From: Octopus bimaculoides
Lineage: Eukaryota
Assembly (NCBI RefSeq): GCF_001194135.2
Contig: NC_068990.1
Coordinates: 61,252,065 to 61,316,064, forward strand
Direction: 5' to 3'
Length of the DNA: 64,000 nt
The position numbers and the translations under genes were made by a program. Numbering within the stretch: position 1 is the stretch's first letter; every line of letters starts with the position of its first letter. Under the pieces are notes generated by a model. It was not told the origin of the DNA, ran no database searches, and saw nothing but the letters and a program-made list of their open reading frames with translations. Positions 54,250-64,000 of this stretch are shown here, in pieces.

Positions 54250-54730
54250 GTCCACTTACATCAATTATTGATCATCATTACGAAAAAGTGTTAGAATTTC
54301 TTGTAAAAGTCGGGGTTTTTTTCTGTTTTGCTCTTTCGTGTGTATAATGCAAAAAAATATATATGTATATAATATATATATATATATATCTTTTCTTTTT
54401 TCTTTTGATCCCCTACTTCTTTTTTTTCTGTTTTTTTTTTTGCTTGGTATGAGACGGCTGAGAAATAGAAAATAAACGGTCGGGGGAAAAAAAAGATTGT
54501 GTCCGTCTTCAAACCCGAATAAACCAGGAAGGTTTAAAAATAAGGGGGGCGAAGAGAAACTCAAGTAAAGGAGATATAGCGATAATAAATGGGAGAGAGA
54601 TAAATGGACCGATAAATAAAAAGAGGTACAACAGCCATCAAAGATTTGTGTCAAGCCGAAATAACCAAAACAAGTCACTGGCCACCGATCTTACCCACAA
54701 TGCATAGGTAAAGGTATTACTTCCGGAACG
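54250..54730 (-). promoter_or_regulatory. Candidate promoter and first-exon region of a minus-strand gene
   Basis: CpG is visibly more frequent at ~52.5-55.6 kb. ETS-type CCGGAAGT at 54719-54726 (minus), and consensus donors GTAAGA (54689-54694) and GTAAGT (54254-54259). Confidence 0.4.
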
Positions 54731-55106
54731 CCAGTGACCTCTTATAACAATGTTTTTTCTTTTATTGTTGTTGTTGATGTTTGTCGTTTATTTATTTGTT
54801 TATGTTGTTGTTGTTGTGTGTCAATCGTTATTTGTTTATGTTGTTGTTTGTCAATCGTTTATTCACATTGCTGCCGTTTGTCAGTCGTTTATTCATTTAT
54901 TTATGTTGATGTTTGCCAGTTGTTTATTTATTTATGGGTTTCAGCCAAGTGGCTGTGGTCATGCTGGAGCACCACCGTGATGTTGATGTTTGTCAGTTAT
55001 TTATTTATTTATTTATTCATATTGTTATTGATTATCAGCCGTTTATTTATTTATGTTGTTTACACTGATACACATGCACGCAGAAATATATTTATGTATC
55101 ATCTGT

Positions 55107-55307
55107 AGGTACTACTAAAGCAGCACGGTCCCGAACGCGCAGTCGCGCGTCCGCGCTAGCTAGTCTTGAGTGGTCGATCCTAACCCTATCCCTAACCCTA
55201 TCCCTAACCCGCATGTGCAAATGAATACGTGTTTAGGGTTAGGATCGACCGCTCACGACTAGCTAGCGCGACTGCGCGTTCGGGACCGTGCTGCTTTAGT
55301 AGTACCT
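55107..55307. mobile_element. Young GC-rich fold-back MITE with telomere-like repeats
   Basis: Arms of ~75-83 bp: AGGTACTACTAAAGCAGCACGGTCCCGAACGCGCAGTCGCGC...GATCCTAACCCTA, with an 8-bp insertion in the left arm. The centre contains CCTAACCCTATC units. Confidence 0.85.
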
Positions 55308-56524
55308 CATCCGTATATGTCTTGTTGTTTAATAATTGAATAAATAATAATAGTGTGTTTGGTCGTTTAACTTTCATCTACAGTAGACGAGAAAAACAAA
55401 AAGGCGAAATTTGTTAATCGTCTCTAACTGTCCGTCATGTTATGCTTGTAATTTTCGACTGCATTCGTATATTTGGCAGTGTTTACAATACGTCATCCAA
55501 AATTTCACGTTGCTCTGGCAGAAGTGAGAGGCCGAGGGTTATACAACGGAATAGCGAAGTTGAGATTCATCTTCTCTAGCTATGAAATTATTAATTGCCA
55601 GGCAGGCCCCAAATTCATATCTTCTTAACTTAAAAGGCACTCCGTCAATTACGACGACGAGGGTTCCAGCTGATCTGATCAACGGAACAGCCTGCTTGGG
55701 AAATTAAGGTGCAAGTGGCTGAGCACTCCACAGACACGCTTACTCTTACTGTAAGGCTTCTGTTTATTGTGCTTTGGTAATATCCTTGCTCAAGTCACGG
55801 ATGTCAAAGGAACTGTGTTGTATTTAAATGAAGACAGTTCTGTAGTGTGATAACTATTCCAAATCCCTTGAAAGTGATGGCGAAAAGTTGAGTTGCAGTG
55901 TGTTAGAGAGATTCAGCGTGACACAGAATGTGACATGGCTGATCCTTTGAAATACAGATACATTCTTGCCAGCCCAGTGAACTGAAGTAACGTAAAATGA
56001 TGTGTCTTGCTCAAGGATACCACGTGAGTCGAACTCACGGTCTTGTGATTGTGAACCAAATACTCTATCCATGCACCTTCACTGTCATATGTAAACGTGC
56101 AGATATACTGTTTCTTAACATAAGCTCAAAGTTAAAAATTTGGGCAAGAGAGTATTCAGTTGATTAGTACTCCCCTACTACTTACTTCACTGGTTCTTTA
56201 TTTTATCGACGCTGGAAAGATAAGGCTGAATGTGACAGGATTTGAATTACAAGCGTACTGATTTGGAAGAAATATCACAATGTGTTTTGTCTAACGCTTT
56301 AACAATTCGTCCTGTGATAAACATTAACTGTGATCAGCTACTTGCAGCTTTCTAGTTATCCACTAGCCTTACCTTTTTATCAATGCTACCGTGTGTTAAG
56401 TTACAAAACTATTTATCAGCTATCCATAAGTGGGGTTTCCTTTCTACTCGAGACGACCCTTATCAGCTATGTTCTCTTACCATGTTGTCAAATAACTATT
56501 ATAGTATGTTTAGTCAGGGACAGT

Positions 56525-56897
56525 GGAGGCGCAATGGCCCAGTGGCTGGGAAGCAGACTCACGGTCATAGGATCGCGGTTTCGATTCCCAGGGAGTGTTT
56601 ATTGAGCGAAAACACCTAAAAGCTCCACGAGGCTCCGGCAGGGGATGGTGGCGAACCCTGTTGTACTCTTTCACCACAACTTTCTCTCACTCTTTCTTCC
56701 TGTTTCTGTTGTACCTGTATTTCAAAAGGGTCAGCCTTGTCACAATGAGTCCCGCTGAATATCCCCGAAAACTACGTTAAGGGTACACGTGTCTGTGGAG
56801 TGCTCAGCCACTTGCATGTTAATTTCACGAGTAGGCTGTTCCATTGATCGGATCAACTGGAACCCTCGACGTCGTAAGCGACGGAGTGCCAACAACA
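56525..56897 (+). mobile_element. SINE family D, full length
   Basis: Matches 22869-23253. TSD agtcagggacagt (56512-56524) / agtcagggacaat (56898-56910). Confidence 0.92.
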
Positions 56898-57039
56898 AGT
56901 CAGGGACAATTTGGTTATTGCCATTTTAAACTCCCTAAGTCTGGTTTTGATGTGTCCATCCATTTTCTGTGCCTGCTATTCTTGGGAGGCTTGTGGAAAT
57001 AGAGTCCACAGACACCTCCTCTATAGGGTCCTATCAAAA

Positions 57040-58060
57040 GCAACCATCATTAAATTTTTCTGCTGGATTCCAAAATGTGACTAACTGAAACTATGGATAT
57101 TATCCAACTATTTCATTCCTGGTCTACCCTTAGTTCTTCTGCCAGTTGATTTGTCTTGTGATCCTTTTCTGTGGAATTTTAACGACTGGTTCGTTGAACT
57201 GGAACTGTGACCTCTCGATGCAGAGAAGTAATGGTTTGACCTGCTAACACCATCCCACCCTGATCTCTGAGCTTCTGAGTGACCCCATTTCAGTTGCTTG
57301 TATTCGCTATCATACACTTTCAGTCATTTCCCAACATGTATGACCATAGGTGAGGATAGGTGCAGGAACTGAACTGAAGATAGCTGGTTTGGTATTTTAC
57401 TAACCTCTCCTCTTCTGAGGATTGAATGCTGAAGCTGGCACATTACTATAGCAGCTGGATCTGCAATTCCAGCATCCATTTTAGCCTTCTGCTTCCCATC
57501 ATTCATGAATATGACCCAAAGACACTTCTCTACGTTCTCAGTGATGTTATACTGAGAAGACTTTCTGAAGAGGATCAATGTCTCATTCTTTGCAATACTT
57601 ATTCTCAACCAAGTCTCGCAGCTCTCAGCTGTGAACTCATTTAGTGCATGCTAGCCATTACCTCCTGATAAGCCAAGTAGCACAACATTATCTGCAGATG
57701 TCAGCTTACAGATTATACACCCACTGATTGCGATAGCACTTCCACAACAGCTGTACATGTAAATCCAGTTCATAGAAATTATGAAAAGGAAAGGTGACAA
57801 AACAGCACCATTGAAGTTGAACGCCCATATTGAAAGGTCTCGACCTAGCACTATTTATCCAAACAAACACTTGAGTATTTGTGTAGGGACTTCATGGTAA
57901 ATAAAGATTGGTTGCCCATTGATCTCAAACTCCTGCAAAACCCTCCACAGCACATCCTGGTTCATGGAGATATACTTTTGCACAAATTTGAGATCAATGG
58001 GCATTTTTTGGTTGCCTTGAAGTTTCTGTATGAATGGCCAAATGTTTGTATTTGGTTAAA
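57040..58060 (-). mobile_element. Heavily decayed RTE (Expander-like) LINE
   Basis: Remnants VLWRVLQEF, LSPFLFIISMNWI, SADNVVLL, PILTYGHTCWEM and TGRRTKGRP occur in the expected order. Confidence 0.75.
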
Positions 58061-58136
58061 AATGGTGCTAAATTAAAACCTTTCAACATGAGTGTTGGAC
58101 TTCAGTAGGAGAGCAGGAGAATTAGCAAGTCTGATT

Positions 58137-58433
58137 GGATCTTTTTTAAAACGGGGGCCACATTTTTCATTAACGAAACACTTTGAAACTTGGAACACTG
58201 GTAGAATGTGTCATATAAAACATCTTTTTCTCTTAGTCTTCTTAAAAAAAAAAGAAATCCATAAATTATTCCATGTTAAAGTTGTCGTATTTCTGTAATT
58301 TCAACCAATCACTGACGTCCATTCAGCCGATATACATTAAGTGCCGACTACATAAACAAACGATTCTGAAACAATTAACCCTAACCCTAACCCTAACTCT
58401 AACCCTAACCCTAACCCGTTTTAAAAAAGATCC
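58137..58433. repeat. 19-bp inverted repeats enclosing a (TAACCC)7-like array
   Basis: GGATCTTTTTTAAAACGGG (58137-58155) is the exact reverse complement of 58415-58433. The array spans 58376-58417 with one TAACTC variant. Confidence 0.85.
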
Positions 58434-60175
58434 GTCTGATTTTGATGTGTTCTCAATGAGATATGGCTAACCATCAACAATTGTCGAAGGGTGTCAATTA
58501 GACAGCTGTCAAATTTATTTATTATTTTATTTTAAAGGCTGGATTTTGAAGAAAGGGCCTTGCTCATGGTCATCAAAGGCATTCCAAGACCAATTTGCTT
58601 AAAAGAGGAATGAGTACCTTACTGACTGTTTTGCCAGAAAGGTCGGTCAGCTCTTAGTTATTGCTATGTTACCTATACAAATTTGCTGCTCACACAGAAA
58701 CTCTCATAGTAAGGTTTAAATCAGGTTTTGTCTAATATTATCCGTTTCTAATCTTGGCATGAGGTTTGCAATCTTGAGTGGTAGGGAAGTCAATTACATG
58801 GAATCCATTGCTCAACTGGTACTTATTTTATTGACTCCAAAAGTAAAAAAGACAAAGTTGATCTAAGTGGGATTTGAAATCAGAGCATAAAGACAGACAC
58901 AATACTTCTAAGCATTTTATACAGTGTGCTAACAACTCTGCCAACTCAGGAGATTGTTTGCCTAATATTATTAGGACCACATGAAACTAAAAACATAAAG
59001 CAGTCAAGTAAATAGCAATTCTATAAATGTACTATCCTGCTTGCTAAGGCTTCTGTTTATTGTGCTTTGATAAGACCTTTGCTCAAGTTACTGATGCCAA
59101 AGGAACTGTGTTGTATTTAAATGAAGACAACTCTGTAATGATGATGATCATCATCATCGTTTAACGTCTGCTTTCCATGCTAGCATGGGTTGGATGATTT
59201 GACTGAGGCCTGGTGAACCAGGTGGCTACACCAGGCTCCAATCTGATTTGGCAGAGTTTCTACAGCTGGATGCCCTTCCTAACGCCAACCACTCAGAGAG
59301 TGTAGTGGTTGCTTTTACATGCCACCCGCACGAAGGCCAGTCAGGCGGTACTGGCAACGGCCATGCTCAAAATGGTGTATTTTTACGTGCCACCTGCATA
59401 AAAGCCAGTCCAGCGGCACTAGCAATGATCTCGCTCGAATGTCTAACTATTCCAAATTAGCAAATCCCTTGAAAGTGATGGCATTGCAGTAAAGATGAGG
59501 AAGAAAAGTTGAGTCGCTGCATGTTAATAGGGAACATTCTTCTCTGAGTATGAACAACTATGGCCTGGTTTCATTAAGTTTTCAAACATATTAGAATCTC
59601 TCATTAATATAAGGATCATCACTTGAATTGTCTCTTCAAATATCTGATATTGCACTTGAGTAAAAACTGCCAGCATGATAAAGACAGAGACTCAATGTGC
59701 ACTCTTTCACAGCTCATTTATAAAAGACATCTTAAGTCTACTTCAAAAGATGCTCCTTTGTTTCACAAAATAGCTCTGTTTTATATGAAGCCTGGTAGTA
59801 CATATCCTCAAACACAAAATGGGATGAGGCAAGGCTTGGATATCTTGGACGATAGGTGCCTGCTTGATCTGAGCCAACTCAAAACTAGGCAATGACAACA
59901 CAACTGCAGGAGAAAAACAATGGGCAAATAGCTGATGCTACCGTTTTTGGTTTTCATCATTATTCATCATCATTATTACCATTACTATATCATCATCATT
60001 CATCGGCGTCATCGCCATCGCCATCACCACTGTCAACACCACGACGACCACCACCACTTTCACCATCATCATCATCATTTAACAACCACTTCTCAATGTT
60101 TCCATAAGCCAGGGAGAATTCCTCTATTTACATAATATCGAGGTCTCTTTCTTTCTTTTGTTGTCCTTCCTATCA

Positions 60176-60209
<34 letters not shown>

Positions 60210-60220
<11 letters not shown>

Positions 60221-60380
60221 AGGTTTCTTTCAGTTTCCATCAATCAAATCCACTCACAAGGCTTAGGTCGGCCTGAGACTATAGTAGGAAATACTTGCCC
60301 AAGGTGCCATGCAGTGAGACTGAACCTGGAACCATGTGGTTGGGAAGCAAACTTCTTACCACACAACCACTCCTGCACTT
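60210..60380 (-). mobile_element. SINE family A, 5' half
   Basis: The head region ends at a (TA)n tract. Confidence 0.8.
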
Positions 60381-61071
60381 AGGTATGCAGATATTTGAAA
60401 TGTGGATGGCAGCACAAAACTGCAACAGCACATGTAGGTCTGCTTGATCACAGATGATTGGCAGTTAAACACAACTACCCAAATAAAAACATCTTAGAAA
60501 CAGAAATAGACTTAACACCATCATCATCATGATCAGCAGCAGCAAATAGATCACCATTTTGTATTTTCTTTTTAAAATTGCGATAAAATATTTGCTATTC
60601 GGTAAGAATTTTTGGTGGGGTTCCAAATGAATTTATTTATTAAATTTTTTTCCTGATGTCAGTAGCAGGAGGAGTTTATTCAGAAAGGTTTACATTGCTT
60701 CATAATCATAAGCTAGATTAATTTGAATTTAGAATCTCTGAAAAAAAAAAAAATCTTTCAACTTGCTGACCTTTACTGATTGCATAATTATTGATCTGAA
60801 ATTGTAGGGTAACCCACTTTCTTTTCATCAGCATCATTTCCAATTTCTTAATTTTTTTTTTTCTTTATAAAAATTTATAAATATAGCAAGTTTAATGATG
60901 TTTCTTCTTTTCATCTTGCTTTATATTGAATTTACAAAGAGTGTCAGGTGTTATCAGTTTTGTTTGTTTATAGTACAAGTCCATCATTAGAATATACTCT
61001 TCATTGGATGTGTATTTGGATGTATGTTATACACATGCATGCACACACACACACCACATAAAACAGCTTAA

Positions 61072-61117
<46 letters not shown>

Positions 61118-61867
61118 NNNNNNNNNNNNNNNNNNNNNNNNNNNNNNNNNNNNNNNNNNNNNNNNNNNNNNNNNNNNNNNNNNNNNNNNNNNNNNNNNNN
61201 NNNNNNNNNNNNNNNNNNNNNNNNNNNNNNNNNNNNNNNNNNNNNNNNNNNNNNNNNNNNNNNNNNNNNNNNNNNNNNNNNNNNNNNNNNNNNNNNNNNN
61301 NNNNNNNNNNNNNNNNNNNNNNNNNNNNNNNNNNNNNNNNNNNNNNNNNNNNNNNNNNNNNNNNNNNNNNNNNNNNNNNNNNNNNNNNNNNNNNNNNNNN
61401 NNNNNNNNNNNNNNNNNNNNNNNNNNNNNNNNNNNNNNNNNNNNNNNNNNNNNNNNNNNNNNNNNNNNNNNNNNNNNNNNNNNNNNNNNNNNNNNNNNNN
61501 NNNNNNNNNNNNNNNNNNNNNNNNNNNNNNNNNNNNNNNNNNNNNNNNNNNNNNNNNNNNNNNNNNNNNNNNNNNNNNNNNNNNNNNNNNNNNNNNNNNN
61601 NNNNNNNNNNNNNNNNNNNNNNNNNNNNNNNNNNNNNNNNNNNNNNNNNNNNNNNNNNNNNNNNNNNNNNNNNNNNNNNNNNNNNNNNNNNNNNNNNNNN
61701 NNNNNNNNNNNNNNNNNNNNNNNNNNNNNNNNNNNNNNNNNNNNNNNNNNNNNNNNNNNNNNNNNNNNNNNNNNNNNNNNNNNNNNNNNNNNNNNNNNNN
61801 NNNNNNNNNNNNNNNNNNNNNNNNNNNNNNNNNNNNNNNNNNNNNNNNNNNNNNNNNNNNNNNNNNN

Positions 61868-61922
<55 letters not shown>

Positions 61923-61933
61923 ATATGTATATA

Positions 61934-63596
61934 TACCTGCTGAAGTGTTGAAAGATAACAAAGATGTCCTCCTTCCACGTTTATACAAGTTACTAAAGAC
62001 GTGCTGGTTGGAAGTAAAAATTCCACAGGATATGAGAGATCACAAGATCATTACCTTCTACGAAAATAAAAGGGACATGGGAGATTGCAATAACTACACA
62101 GGCATCTCACTTCTGAGCATCACTGGAAAAGCTTTTGCGAGAACCATTCTGACACGACTTCAGAAGCTAGCAGAAAGAGTACTACGAGAGAGCCAGTGCG
62201 GTTTTAGATCTAACTGCTCAACAATGGATATGATCATCTCCATTCTTCAACTACAAGAAAAATGCTGGGAGCAGCAATTACTACTATATACTGCATTTGT
62301 TGATCTGACAAAGGCATTTGATACAGTCAGCAGATCAGGACTGTACATGGTGCTTGGAAAATGTGGCTGTCCCCCAACACTGCTGCAGCTCATTGTTTCT
62401 TTCCATGATGACATGAAGGCCATCATTCAGTTTGATGGTTTAATATCAGATAGCTTCAACATCAACAGTGGAGTAAAACAAGGTTGTGTCTTTAACATCA
62501 ATCCTTTTCAGCATTTACTTTGCTGTATTGCTGCAGCATGCATTTCAAGAGTCTCCGGGATATGTCTACTTTTGTTGGAGAACTGATGGGTCACTCTTTG
62601 ATCTTTCTAGATTTCAGGCCAAGACCAAGATCAATAGAGCAACAATAAGAGACTTTCACTTTGCCAACGATGCGGCATTTGTTGCTCACAGTGAATTAAC
62701 TCTGCAAATAATGATAGACCATCTATCATCAGCATGCAAGGCCTTTGGTTTGGTCATCAGTGAAAAGAAGACAATCATTTTTACTCAGGAGGGCGCAGTG
62801 AAAGGCCATATCAAGCTTGATAACAAAGAGCTTGAGACAGTGGACAGGTTCTGCTATCTAGGGGCTACCATTTCCTCTACTGCTTCACTTGATGATGAGA
62901 TTAATGTCAGGATAGGGAAAGCAGCAACAACTTTTGGAAGGCTGACAAAATGAGTATGGCAGAACAAGTGATTAGACATCAAGACAAAGATTAGGATTTA
63001 TGAAGCATGTGTTCTCAGCATACTCCTCTATGGATCTGAAACATGGACTTTGTACAGCTGACAGGAAAGGTTTCTTGGCATTTTCCATCTCAGATACCTC
63101 CGCAAGATCTTAGGCCTAACATAGTGCAGCAAGGTCACCAATGTTGAAGTGCTGGCCCAGGCGAATTTTCAAAGCATGACAGCTATCTTGTGTATAAGAA
63201 GACTGAGGTGGCTGGGGCATGTCAGGAGATTGGATGACCATCGAATCCTGAAGCAACTGCTCTATGGAGAAGTGGCCCAGGGCAAGAGACTAAGAGGAAA
63301 ACCAAAACTGAGGTATAAGGACACTTGCAAAACTAGTTTGTCCAAGTGTGAGGTGGATGTCAGCACCTGGAAAGAGAGGGCTGAGGACAGAACAACATGG
63401 AAGACTGTGGTGAAGGAAGGAACTACTTTGCTAGAGAGCAGCTACGGAAACAAACAAGTTGAGAAGCGTCAGCGGCAAAAGGAAAACAACAGAAATGCAG
63501 ATCACCAAGCCACCCTCTTGGTATGCAAGTACTGTGACAGAAGCTGTGCTTCAATCATAGGAAGAATCAACAATGAAAGAAACTGCAAGAAAAGGA
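61934..63596 (+). mobile_element. 5'-truncated RTE LINE (BovB-like), inactivated
   Basis: RT motifs GISLLS, ESQCGFR, FVDLTKAFDTV, GVKQGC, FANDAA and FCYLG. C-terminal RRLRWLGHVRR...GKPKLRYKD and CKYCDRSC. Frameshift near 62500 and several stops. Confidence 0.95.
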
Positions 63597-63963
63597 GCCT
63601 CTATATATACATATACTTATATACATACACATATATACATACACATATATACATACATACATACACACATACATACACATCCATCAATCCATATATCATC
63701 ATCATTGTTTAACATTTGCTTTCCATGCTGGCATGGGTTGGATGGATTGACATGAAGCTGGCTAGCTTCCTAGCACCGACCACTTAGCAAAGTGTGTTGG
63801 GTTCCTTTTATGTGCCACTGGCACAGGTCTGTTTACACAGCACCAGTATGGGTGCATTTACACAGCACTAACATGGGTGCTTTTTATGTGGCACCGGCAC
63901 CTGAAAGAACAAGTTTGTATGAGTGGGGAACAGTGATTTCACATAGCATGACACATATCTATA

Positions 63964-64000
<37 letters not shown>

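Noticed and set aside
59935-60135. His-rich ORF
   Set aside because: It is a translation of CAT/CAC trinucleotide repeats next to an RTE-type tail.
1-64000. CRISPR arrays, rRNA genes or prokaryotic operons
   Set aside because: None seen. The repeats are eukaryotic SINEs, LINEs, MITEs and microsatellites.

Overview
AT-rich, repeat-saturated animal genomic DNA. It is most likely octopus or another cephalopod, inferred from the SINE families, the microsatellite load and the TTAGGG-type repeats. No long host ORF is present, and nearly all listed ORFs are artefacts of SINEs, microsatellites or N gaps. Well supported from the sequence: a CR1-clade LINE (49.6-52.0 kb), at least three RTE-clade LINE lineages, many (GAT)n-tailed RTE 3' fragments, four tRNA-headed SINE families, an internally deleted Tc1/mariner element, a decayed hAT transposase and several MITEs. 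The most unusual feature is a U6 snRNA copy fused precisely at its 3' oligo(U) to an RTE LINE 3' end (1657-2187, minus strand). Short exon-like segments with good splice signals, including 6-33 nt micro-exons, lie on the minus strand. They can be joined into a frame-consistent ~207-aa ORF (38380->6262) below a CpG-rich, ETS-containing candidate promoter near 54.7 kb, but this gene model is inference and I could not identify the product.
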